Assembly: GCA_048631505.1 (NCBI GenBank)
Contig: JAIWFS010000001.1
Coordinates: 1-25,000 of the forward strand
DNA: 25,000 nucleotides
Direction: 5' to 3'
From: an archaeon
GTDB taxonomy: Bacteria > Desulfobacterota > Dissulfuribacteria > Dissulfuribacterales > UBA3076
Shown here: positions 9,190 through 17,393 of the stretch, piece after piece
How the letters are laid out: each line of letters begins with the position of its first letter
How positions within the stretch are numbered: position 1 is the stretch's first letter
The notes under the pieces: generated by a model
The model's database searches: none
Seen by the model: only the letters and a program-made list of their open reading frames with translations
What the model was told of the DNA's origin: nothing
Program-made: the position numbers and the translations under genes

Positions 9190-11166
9190 TTACACAATGA
9201 AAAACCAGAGCATTACAACAAGTCCAAGGACCATAAATGCCCCATAGGTCTGCACATAACCATTATGGACCAGCCTTAACGCACCAGATCCCCTTTGTAC
9301 CCACCACGCCTGTCCATTCGCTCCTATGTCGTCGATGATGAACGCATCCACGAACTTCCAGAAGAACATTGAGAGATAATAAAACGGAAGGACAATCACG
9401 TAGTAGTATATTTCATCAACAAAGTATTTGTTATACACAAGCTTGTGATATATTGAATAGGTCTCGGCAAGCTTTCTTGGAAGTACATCAGCACGACGTA
9501 TATAGATATGATAAGCCAGGGAAATACCGCCAATGGCCACAGCCACCGAGCCAGCCATAAGAACCCACTCTACAACGGTGGAATGGTGTTGCACACCAAC
9601 ATAGGCAGCAATTATTTCATGTGAATTAGCAAATACCGGCTCAAAGAAATTTTCCATGACATTGGGTACATGGCCAAAGAGATTGCCGATTACATGCGGT
9701 AAGCCTAACCAGCCCCCAAACACTGAAAGAAAAGCCAGGATCATAAGGGGACCTGTCATGCTTAATGGCGATTCATGTAAGTGATGGGCCTGTTCTTCAG
9801 TACCTCGGAACTTACCATGGAAGGTCATGAAAATAAGCCTGAACATGTAAAAGGCCGTTATTCCAGCGGCAAGAAGGCCGATAAACCAGACTATCTTACC
9901 TACAACAGGATAATACGGAAACGTGAAGGCCTTCCACAGGATCTCGTCCTTACTGAAGAACCCTGCAAATGGAGGAATACCTGCAATCGCTATGGTTGCA
10001 AAAAGCATGGTGATATATGTGATGGGTATCTTCTTCCAAAGGCCACCCATGCTCCTCATATCCTGATCTCCGCCCATGGCGTGAATTACAGAACCGGCGC
10101 AAAGGAACAAGCAGGCCTTGAAAAAGGCGTGGGTCATGAGATGAAATATGCCTGCCCCATACGCAGCCACACTCACACCTATGAACATATATCCAAGCTG
10201 ACTTACAGTAGAATATGCAAGGACCCTCTTAATATCGTTCTGCAGGATACCAATGGTTGCCGCAATAAATGCAGTGGCCGCGGACATTAATACCAAAACC
10301 AGCAACGCAGTAGGAGCAAGGGTGAAAAGAACATTGGTCCTTGCTACCATATAGACGCCGGCGGTCACCATTGTTGCAGCATGGATGAGTGCTGAAACCG
10401 GGGTCGGGCCGGCCATGGCATCCGGGAGCCAGACAAACAAGGGGATCTGTGCTGATTTCCCGGTTGCTCCCAGGAAAAGCAAAAGGCATATGGCTATCAT
10501 TACCGGTGAGTTCATGGCCATTAAGCCATTCTCATACATGTGAGCTGCCTTTGGGAATACATCAAGATAAGACAGGGAACCAAACGTAATAAACATCAGG
10601 AACATGCCAAGGAGAAAGCCAAAGTCCCCAATCCGGTTAACAATAAAGGCCTTTTTACCCGCATCTGCATTCACGTTCTCCTTGTACCAGAAACCGATCA
10701 GCAGATAGGAAGCAAGACCTACGCCCTCCCAGCCGACAAACATCACTACATAGTTGGAACCCATGACCAGCATTATCATGAAAAACACAAACATGTTGAG
10801 GTAGGAAAAAAACCTCCAGGCTGCCTCATCATGTGCCATGTAACCTGTGCTGTATATATGAATAACAAAACTCACGCCGGTAACCACGAGGACCATCACA
10901 GCGGAAAGCGGATCAATCATCAAGGAAACATCTATATTCAGATTGCCTACGGCCATCCAATTCCATAGGACCTGCACGAGCAACCTGTCTTCAGCCGGGC
11001 TGCATGCCAGTTGGTACACGACCAGAATGGAAAATAGAAAAGCCAAGCCAATAGAGGAACAGCCAATGCAGAAAACACCGGATTTTCCGATCTTTTGCCC
11101 CAACAGGCCATTAATCAGAAATCCTATAAAAGGCAGTAGTGGTATGAGAAACAGATAACCTTCCAT
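9190..11166 (-). CDS. nuoL: NADH:quinone oxidoreductase subunit L
   Basis: GWEGVGLASYLLIGFW, GKSAQIPLFVWLPDAMAGPTPVSALIHAATMV and HAFFKACLFL motifs; C-terminal amphipathic region. Confidence 0.95.
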   Translation of the reverse strand: MEGYLFLIPLLPFIGFLINGLLGQKIGKSGVFCIGCSSIGLAFLFSILVVYQLACSPAEDRLLVQVLWNWMAVGNLNIDVSLMIDPLSAVMVLVVTGVSFVIHIYSTGYMAHDEAAWRFFSYLNMFVFFMIMLVMGSNYVVMFVGWEGVGLASYLLIGFWYKENVNADAGKKAFIVNRIGDFGFLLGMFLMFITFGSLSYLDVFPKAAHMYENGLMAMNSPVMIAICLLLFLGATGKSAQIPLFVWLPDAMAGPTPVSALIHAATMVTAGVYMVARTNVLFTLAPTALLVLVLMSAATAFIAATIGILQNDIKRVLAYSTVSQLGYMFIGVSVAAYGAGIFHLMTHAFFKACLFLCAGSVIHAMGGDQDMRSMGGLWKKIPITYITMLFATIAIAGIPPFAGFFSKDEILWKAFTFPYYPVVGKIVWFIGLLAAGITAFYMFRLIFMTFHGKFRGTEEQAHHLHESPLSMTGPLMILAFLSVFGGWLGLPHVIGNLFGHVPNVMENFFEPVFANSHEIIAAYVGVQHHSTVVEWVLMAGSVAVAIGGISLAYHIYIRRADVLPRKLAETYSIYHKLVYNKYFVDEIYYYVIVLPFYYLSMFFWKFVDAFIIDDIGANGQAWWVQRGSGALRLVHNGYVQTYGAFMVLGLVVMLWFFIV

Positions 11167-11232
11167 GAATAGCTCCCTACATAGACAGGGTGTTTATGCA
11201 CCAAAAAGCATAATTAGCTGAATACGTATTCT

Positions 11233-11535
11233 TTACCATTTCAATACATTAAACCTGGTTATATCCACCTCCCGCACATGCCGGAAGAGCGCTATTAATA
11301 TCGCAAGGCCGACCGCAACCTCAGCCGCAGCCACTGCAAAAATAAAAAGGACCATAACCTGCCCTGCCATATCGCCCATAAAATTCGAAAAGGCCACCAG
11401 CATGAGATTCACTGCATTGAGCATAAGCTCAATAGACATGAACAGGATTAAGGCATTTCTCCTTGTACAAAAGCCGATGGTCCCCAAGCCAAAGAGTATT
11501 GATGACAAAACTATATAGTGTGTGAGCGATGCCAT
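11233..11535 (-). CDS. nuoK: NADH:quinone oxidoreductase subunit K
   Basis: [19 protein letters not shown] and [11 protein letters not shown] motifs. Confidence 0.95.
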   Translation of the reverse strand: MASLTHYIVLSSILFGLGTIGFCTRRNALILFMSIELMLNAVNLMLVAFSNFMGDMAGQVMVLFIFAVAAAEVAVGLAILIALFRHVREVDITRFNVLKW

Positions 11536-11546
11536 TCAGCCCTCTC

Positions 11547-12053
11547 TTAAAGTTTCTTCTTGCATAGATAGATCCCGCCAATCAGTGCTACAAGCAGGAG
11601 TACGGATACAACCTCAAAATGAAGCAGAAAGTCCCGGAAAAACAAATCACCAAACATCGATGGGTTTCCGAATCCTTCAGGGAGTGCCTTCATAGACACT
11701 ATGTCAGACACGCCCTTTGTCCCGACTGCTACGAGACCAATTAAACACAACCCAAGCAGGGCACCGAAGCCCCTGTATGAGACATTGGCCTGGATAGCCG
11801 CCAACCTTTCACCCGGTGTCGTGAGAAGCATGATAACAAACACAACCAGGATCAGGATGGCCCCGGCATAAATGGCTACCTGGAAAATAGCAAGCAACGG
11901 GGCATGCAGATGGAGATACAGGCTTGCAAGAGCAATAAAAACCGTGAGCAGTCCCATGGCACTGGGCAATGCGTCCTTTGCGGCTATGGTAAATAGCCCG
12001 GCCAGAACTGACATACTGGCAAATACCCAGAAATATAGATCCATATCAATCAC
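11547..12053 (-). CDS. nuoJ: NADH:quinone oxidoreductase subunit J
   Basis: QVAIYAGAILILVVFVIMLL and FEVVSVLLLVALIG motifs. Confidence 0.93.
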   Translation of the reverse strand: MIDMDLYFWVFASMSVLAGLFTIAAKDALPSAMGLLTVFIALASLYLHLHAPLLAIFQVAIYAGAILILVVFVIMLLTTPGERLAAIQANVSYRGFGALLGLCLIGLVAVGTKGVSDIVSMKALPEGFGNPSMFGDLFFRDFLLHFEVVSVLLLVALIGGIYLCKKKL

Positions 12054-12099
12054 CCGATTCCTCTACATCTATATACTTTATATACTTTCAACACCTGAT

Positions 12100-12918
12100 T
12101 TATTCTTCCTTCTCCGCGGCCTCTTTTTTCTCACCGCCCTCAGCCTTCTCGGTGGCCTCTACTTTCTCAGCGCTTTCGGCCTTCTCCGCGGTCTCAATCT
12201 TCTCAGTGCTTTCAGCCTTCTCAGCACTTTCGGCCTTCTCAGCCGCCTTTTTCTTTGCAACCGGCTTCTTTTTACCTTTAGCGCCAGCAACCTTGGCCTT
12301 TTTGCCCTCAGCACCCTCGGGTCCTTCTTCCCCCTCCGGCTTAGGCGGCGCAGGAACAACAGGAACACGCTTCCTGGGCGGCTTGAGCTTGCCCTCTTCC
12401 TTGGCCTTACGATAATTCATAAGCAATTTTCGTTTATCCAGAATACACTCTTCTTTTGTATACCTGGCAAACTCGAATTCTTGTCCTAAAACAATGGCAT
12501 TCTTGGGGCATGCATCTTCACAGAAACCGCAGAATATGCATCGCAGGAGGTCTACTTCAAAGGCTGCAGGATATGTCTTTGCAGCATACTTATCTTCCTC
12601 GCCTTCCTTTCGCTTGGCCTTCTTTATCGTAATACACTTTGCCGGGCAGATTTTTGCGCACATACCACACGCAATACACGTCTCCCTGCCCTTATCGTCC
12701 CGCTGCAGCATATGTTCACCGCGAAAGATAGGAGATATTTCCCTGGTGCGATCTTCCGGGTACTGCCAGCATGTTGGAATCGTATGGGGCCCGGGCCTCC
12801 AGCAGGCCTTAAAATTGAACCAGAAGTGTCCCCACGTGAGCTTCATACCCTTCAGGATCTCCCACAGATAGATCCGTTCAGTCAGGGTGTATTCCTTTTT
12901 TACAACCGGCTTGGCCAT
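12100..12918 (-). CDS. nuoI: NADH:quinone oxidoreductase subunit I (2x[4Fe-4S]) with a long low-complexity C-terminal tail
   Basis: CIACGMCAKICP and CIFCGFCEDACP ferredoxin motifs; FRGEHML upstream. Confidence 0.95.
   Translation of the reverse strand: MAKPVVKKEYTLTERIYLWEILKGMKLTWGHFWFNFKACWRPGPHTIPTCWQYPEDRTREISPIFRGEHMLQRDDKGRETCIACGMCAKICPAKCITIKKAKRKEGEEDKYAAKTYPAAFEVDLLRCIFCGFCEDACPKNAIVLGQEFEFARYTKEECILDKRKLLMNYRKAKEEGKLKPPRKRVPVVPAPPKPEGEEGPEGAEGKKAKVAGAKGKKKPVAKKKAAEKAESAEKAESTEKIETAEKAESAEKVEATEKAEGGEKKEAAEKEE
12103..12246 (-). repeat. Eight degenerate 18-bp coding repeats (xxEKxE hexapeptide) in the nuoI tail
   Basis: AAEKAE SAEKAE STEKIE TAEKAE SAEKVE ATEKAE GGEKKE AAEKEE, ending at the stop codon. 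Confidence 0.85.
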
Positions 12919-12930
12919 AATGTACTCCGA

Positions 12931-13977
12931 CTAGACCGTAAGCTGAATAAACAGCGCGGTAATGAAGATATTAAACAGGGCAAGAGGAATCAGCCCTCTC
13001 CACCCAAGGCCCATAATCTGATCATACCTGAACCGAGGCAAGGTCCACCTGACCCACACAAACATCCACAGGAAGAACGATACCTTTAAGAAGAATATAC
13101 AGAAAGATACTATCCCCCATGATATGGGTCCGAGATATGCGCCCAAGTCAATATATGGCATATGCCAGGAGCCAAAATACAGGGCGACAATAATACCGGA
13201 TATCGTTACCAGGTTTACGTACTCCCCGAAGAGATAAAGCCCCAGTCGCATTGAACCGTACTCTGTATGATAGCCCGAAACAATTTCGCTTTCCGCTTCA
13301 GGCAAGTCAAACGGCACACGGCTGGCCTCTGCATAGGCAGCCACAATGAACAGAATAAATCCCAAGGGCTGTTTGAATATCCCCCAGTTTGGTAGAAATC
13401 CCAAAAAAGTCCCCTGCTGGGCAAGAGATATATCTCTGAGGCTGAAGGTGCCATACACGAACACAATAGCCAGCAGAGCCAGCCCCAGAGGCACTTCGTA
13501 TGAAACCATCTGGGCAGTACATCTCAGACCTCCAAGGATCGAATACTTATTAGTGGAGCCCCAGCCGCCCAGTATTACCCCGTACACTCCCATGGAACCA
13601 ATGGCTAATATGAAGAGAAACCCTATATTCACATCGGAAACCTGGAGTATTATTTCCTTGCCTCCAAAAACAATCTTGTCTCCAAAGGGTACGACCGCAT
13701 AGGCTGAAAAGGCCGGAAGAGCAAAAAGCAAAGGACCCATAATATAGAGAAGCTTTTGAGCCTTTGTAGGTATTATCTCTTCCTTGGTAAAGAGCTTGAT
13801 TCCATCTGCCAAAGGCTGGAACAGTCCCCAAGGACCGGCGCGGTTCGGACCCGGCCTGTCCTGTATCAAAGCTGCACCCCGCCTTTCCACCCAGGTCATG
13901 ACCACGGCTATGAGCAAAACCCATACCCAGATGCAAACGACCTTAATAATTGCGATTAGCCAGTCATCCATGGGCAT
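12931..13977 (-). CDS. nuoH: NADH:quinone oxidoreductase subunit H
   Basis: ERRGAALIQDRPGPN, QPLADGIKLFTKE, PFDLPEAESE and PRFRYDQ motifs. Confidence 0.96.
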   Translation of the reverse strand: MPMDDWLIAIIKVVCIWVWVLLIAVVMTWVERRGAALIQDRPGPNRAGPWGLFQPLADGIKLFTKEEIIPTKAQKLLYIMGPLLFALPAFSAYAVVPFGDKIVFGGKEIILQVSDVNIGFLFILAIGSMGVYGVILGGWGSTNKYSILGGLRCTAQMVSYEVPLGLALLAIVFVYGTFSLRDISLAQQGTFLGFLPNWGIFKQPLGFILFIVAAYAEASRVPFDLPEAESEIVSGYHTEYGSMRLGLYLFGEYVNLVTISGIIVALYFGSWHMPYIDLGAYLGPISWGIVSFCIFFLKVSFFLWMFVWVRWTLPRFRYDQIMGLGWRGLIPLALFNIFITALFIQLTV

Positions 13978-13985
13978 CAGCCTCC

Positions 13986-15131
13986 TTACCGATCCAACTC
14001 GCCGGCAATAACGTTAAGACTACTGAGACAGGCAACCAGGTCGGCTATCAGTTCCCCCTCGACCAACTCAGGAAAGGCCTGATAGATCATATAGCACGGG
14101 GGCCTTATCCTTATTCTATAAGGGTTGGCGGAACCATCGCTCTTTACAAAAAAGCCCAGCTCCCCGTTAGGAGACTCTAAAGCACTATATACTTCACCTG
14201 CCGGGGGTTTGATGACCTTGGGCACCCTTGCCATCAGAGGGGCATCGGCCGGCATCTCCTTGTAAAGCTTGTATGCCTGGTCAATGATCTTGATGGACTC
14301 CTCCATCTCGATCATGCGCACGATGTAACGATCAAATACGTCTCCATTTTTCCCGACCGGCACTTCGAACTTGAATTTGTCATACATGCAGTAGGGTTCA
14401 TCTATTCTCAAGTCCCTCTTGACCCCGCATGCCCTCAGGCAGGGACCTGTAAAGCCCCAGTTCAGGGCGTCCTCTGCAGAAAAGGCACTGACGCCTATGG
14501 TACGGTCCATCCAGATACGGTTGTGAGTAAGGAGCTTTTCAGTTTCATCATTGGCCTTTCGCACACCGGGCTTGAGCTCCTCCCACCTCTCCTCAAAATC
14601 ATCAGGCAGGTCGGCATCCACTCCGCCGATACGGCCAAAGGTGTTAGTCAGCCTTGCTCCGTTGAACCACTCGAATATCTCGTAGATCTCCTCACGCTGT
14701 ATGATAAGATAGAAGAATGGCGTAAAGGCCCCAAGGTCCACGCCAAGGATCCCTATACAGACCTGGTGATCTGCGATCCTGGCAAGTTCCATCATGATGA
14801 CCCGGATGAGCTGGGCCTTCTCAGGGACCTCAATACCCATCAACTTCTCCACAGCCATCTCATATGAAACATTGTTGGGAATGGCGGAACAGTAGTTGAG
14901 CCTGTCCGTAATAGGAATGAATTGATGGTATGTAAGATTCTCGCCCAGCTTCTCCACGCCCCGGTGAAGATATCCTATCTCAGGGTCGACTTTTATCAGA
15001 GATTCTCCGTCGGTCAGAGCGATCACCCGGAGAGTGCCGTGCATGGCCGGATGAGAAGGGCCGATATTTACCGTTACGTAGTCACCTGTATCGTGACCGG
15101 TCTGAGGAGTGGGATTCTGATTCACCTTCAT
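13986..15131 (-). CDS. nuoD: NADH:quinone oxidoreductase subunit D
   Basis: NIGPSHPAMHGTLR, GYLHRGVEK, DRLNY and a C-terminal GELDR; no NiFe CxxC motifs. Start reassigned to ATG 15131 (GGAG SD, 5 nt after the nuoC stop). Confidence 0.95.
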   Translation of the reverse strand: MKVNQNPTPQTGHDTGDYVTVNIGPSHPAMHGTLRVIALTDGESLIKVDPEIGYLHRGVEKLGENLTYHQFIPITDRLNYCSAIPNNVSYEMAVEKLMGIEVPEKAQLIRVIMMELARIADHQVCIGILGVDLGAFTPFFYLIIQREEIYEIFEWFNGARLTNTFGRIGGVDADLPDDFEERWEELKPGVRKANDETEKLLTHNRIWMDRTIGVSAFSAEDALNWGFTGPCLRACGVKRDLRIDEPYCMYDKFKFEVPVGKNGDVFDRYIVRMIEMEESIKIIDQAYKLYKEMPADAPLMARVPKVIKPPAGEVYSALESPNGELGFFVKSDGSANPYRIRIRPPCYMIYQAFPELVEGELIADLVACLSSLNVIAGELDR

Positions 15132-15136
15132 TTCTC

Positions 15137-15715
15137 CTAATCGTCGTATATCAGGTGACGTTCTTCCCCCTGCCCTTCCAAGGGATAGTCCTTGCGAAGG
15201 GGATGTGCCGGAAAGTCGTCCCACATCAGGAGTCTCTTAAGATTGGGATGGCCCTTAAAGCGTATGCCAAACATGTCAAATACCTCACGTTCAGGCCAAT
15301 CTGCGGCCTTCCACACGGGAGTCAGGGTATCCACCTCCATATCATTCTCTTCCACACGTACCTTCACCTGCAGACGCTCATTTCGTTCAAGGCAAAGCAG
15401 CAGGTAAACTACTTCATAGCGGGGAGGAAGCGGCCCTTTCTCTTTTACTTCTTCTTCTTCTGCTGCCTCAGCACCCTCACCTTCTTCTGTTTTTTTCTTG
15501 GGCTTTTTCTTGGGCTTATTCAGGTCGAGATTATCCACCCCCAACAAGTCACTCAAAAAATTAAAACCGAGATCGGGTGTATCCCGCAAAAGGCGCATCA
15601 CTTCAACCACGCTTCTCTTTGGAACTTCCACACTGAGGTCGCCTTGACATTCAATCATGGCCACAACAAAATTTTCAGGCCCGAGACACTGTTCCACTCT
15701 GTTCTTGAGATCCAT
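15137..15715 (-). CDS. nuoC: NADH:quinone oxidoreductase subunit C with a charged insertion
   Basis: RYEVVYLL and WPEREVFDMFGIRFKGHPNLKRLLMWDDFPAHPLRKDYP motifs. Confidence 0.95.
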   Translation of the reverse strand: MDLKNRVEQCLGPENFVVAMIECQGDLSVEVPKRSVVEVMRLLRDTPDLGFNFLSDLLGVDNLDLNKPKKKPKKKTEEGEGAEAAEEEEVKEKGPLPPRYEVVYLLLCLERNERLQVKVRVEENDMEVDTLTPVWKAADWPEREVFDMFGIRFKGHPNLKRLLMWDDFPAHPLRKDYPLEGQGEERHLIYDD

Positions 15716-15717
15716 GG

Positions 15718-16224
15718 TTAGGTACCCACCAATAAGTCAGAGTACTTCTTATGTGTAATAGGCTGACTCTTCTCAGTCTTTTCGATAAACATCAACAAGG
15801 CCTGCAACAGGGCCTCAGGCCTTGGAGGACACCCTGGAATGTAAATATCCACAGGCACGAGCTTGTCAATACCCTGAAGCGTTGGATATGTCCTGAAAAC
15901 GCCTCCGCTGCAAGCACAGGCACCCATGGAAATAACACATCTGGGTTCAGCCATCTGGTCATATATCCTCTTGAAAGCAGGCGCCATCTTCAAGGTTATG
16001 GTCCCTGCCTGTATCAGCACGTCTGCCTGACGCGGAGAAAAGCTGGGTCGCTCCGCCCCGAATCTTGCCATATCGTAACCTGCGGCCAGAGCGCACATCA
16101 TCTCGATACCACAACAGGCAGTACCATAAGGGAGAGGCCACGGTGATCTTTTCCGTCCCCAGTTAATCAACCACTCCAGCTTGGTGGCTATCCATCCACC
16201 ACCATTGTATGCCTCAGTTGCCAT
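15718..16224 (-). CDS. nuoB: NADH:quinone oxidoreductase subunit B
   Basis: [26 protein letters not shown] and [10 protein letters not shown] (cluster N2 ligands). Confidence 0.96.
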   Translation of the reverse strand: MATEAYNGGGWIATKLEWLINWGRKRSPWPLPYGTACCGIEMMCALAAGYDMARFGAERPSFSPRQADVLIQAGTITLKMAPAFKRIYDQMAEPRCVISMGACACSGGVFRTYPTLQGIDKLVPVDIYIPGCPPRPEALLQALLMFIEKTEKSQPITHKKYSDLLVGT

Positions 16225-16237
16225 ACGCCTTATCCCC

Positions 16238-16603
16238 CTAATCCCACTCTATAGCGCCCTTTTTAATCGCATAAATAAGACCGGCCAACAAGACCCCTAC
16301 AAAGATGAATATCTCAAAAAAAGCGCCCCACCCAATTGCAGCCAATTCACGATATCTGACAGCCAAGGGAAAGATCAAGATTGTTTCCAAATCGAATACC
16401 AGAAAGAGTATTGCAACAAGGAAGTATTTGACATCATAACGGGTACGGCTGGGGTCCAGGAGTGGCACACCGCATTCATAAGTACTGTGTTTGGCGGCGT
16501 ATGGACGAGAAGGCCCAAGGATATAAGCTCCGCCAAGCATGAGAATCACCACCAACAGCGACATGCCAAGATACATGACAATGGTCTCAAAACCGCTCAT
16601 CAT
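16238..16603 (-). CDS. nuoA: NADH:quinone oxidoreductase subunit A
   Basis: YECG loop and [14 protein letters not shown]; GAGGAGG SD. Confidence 0.95.
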   Translation of the reverse strand: MMSGFETIVMYLGMSLLVVILMLGGAYILGPSRPYAAKHSTYECGVPLLDPSRTRYDVKYFLVAILFLVFDLETILIFPLAVRYRELAAIGWGAFFEIFIFVGVLLAGLIYAIKKGAIEWD

Positions 16604-16901
16604 GTCAATAGCCCTCCTCTCACAATAAATCCCAAACCGTTAATGGTGCAAAAATCGCTGAATCACACTTCAGTTTCAGCGCCATTATTAAGAAAAAATT
16701 ATTGTTCAAGTATAATTGGTGTCAGTGTATATTCTTTTCCACATTCAAAGTCAAGGTACTGTTTTTCGCCTTTGTCCATGTTTAATCACTGACTTTGGTG
16801 GATTCAACTATCACAAGAAAACACGGCTGTCAAGACAAAAAATGAATCCTCACTCAGTAAACTTGGGCGACATTTAAACCCGTGAACGGTTACGAATATG
16901 G

Positions 16902-17099
16902 TTACCTGCTATGCCTTGATTTGGCAGATGCGACTGTCCGGTATACAAGCTCAAAGACCTCTTCAAAGGAAGTAGGTGTAACCCTTCCCATTTCTATAAA
17001 TTTTACTACTATCTCCTTTGTGACCTTGAGTATCATCTCCTCTTCGCGGAGCTTTTGATCTCGGCCCGGGTCTTTATTCTTGTGTTGAGAGTCAGACAT
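16902..17099 (-). CDS. Small helical protein (65 aa), possible MucR/Ros N-terminal-like domain
   Basis: Amphipathic core VTKEIVVKFIEMGRVTPTSFEEVFELVYRTV; co-oriented between tRNA-Ala and nuoA. Confidence 0.7.
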   Translation of the reverse strand: MSDSQHKNKDPGRDQKLREEEMILKVTKEIVVKFIEMGRVTPTSFEEVFELVYRTVASAKSRHSR

Positions 17100-17127
17100 T
17101 TTCCCGCAGTTCCATGGCTATAAACAA

Positions 17128-17178
17128 TAAGGCCCCTGCTGCAGAAGAAGGCCAATTTCTCATTAGCAGGAGCCCTTA
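17128..17178 (-). terminator. Possible hairpin/terminator downstream of tRNA-Ala
   Basis: On the minus strand, TAAGGGCTCCTGCT...AGCAGGGGCCTTA can form about 12 bp (with G-U pairs), followed by TTGTTT. The loop is long. Confidence 0.3.
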
Positions 17179-17227
17179 CTTATTAAGAAAAACCCGGAAA
17201 GGCCCTCCCTATAGTAATCTTAATGTT

Positions 17228-17303
17228 TGGTGGAGCTGGGCGGGATCGAACCGCCGGCCTCTTGAATGCCATTCAAGCGCTCTCCCATCTGAGCTACAGC
17301 CCC
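17228..17303 (-). tRNA. tRNA-Ala (GGC)
   Basis: Reverse complement GGGGCTGTAGCTCAGATGGGAGAGCGCTTGAATGGCATTCAAGAGGCCGGCGGTTCGATCCCGCCCAGCTCCACCA: 76 nt, cloverleaf, GGC anticodon, GTTCGA T-loop, encoded CCA. Confidence 0.98.
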
Positions 17304-17393
17304 ACAGGCGGAAAATTATTAACATACTGGCCTGTTAGCGTCAAGACGAGTATGATGATATTGGTGACAGAAAATGAAAGGCAGGTAGGAGCC

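Noticed and set aside
12071-12088. ATATACTTT x2 tandem between nuoI and nuoJ
   Set aside because: Only two AT-rich units, likely a simple slippage duplication with no functional evidence.
11872-12489. 205-aa plus-strand ORF and other antisense ORFs over the nuo, mqn and pyr genes
   Set aside because: Shadow frames of conserved genes; the Ser/Leu/Phe-rich pattern simply mirrors the nuoI repeat tail.
13986-16224. NuoB/C/D as a group 4 [NiFe]-hydrogenase (Ech/Hyc/Coo)
   Set aside because: NuoD lacks the RxCGxC and DPCxxC nickel ligands and ends in GELDR; there are no maturation genes.
17223-17393. N-terminal extension of UbiD shown in the ORF track; likewise the nuoD extension 15132-15224
   Set aside because: The first overlaps tRNA-Ala on the opposite strand and the second overlaps nuoC; SD-supported starts exist at 17394 and 15131.
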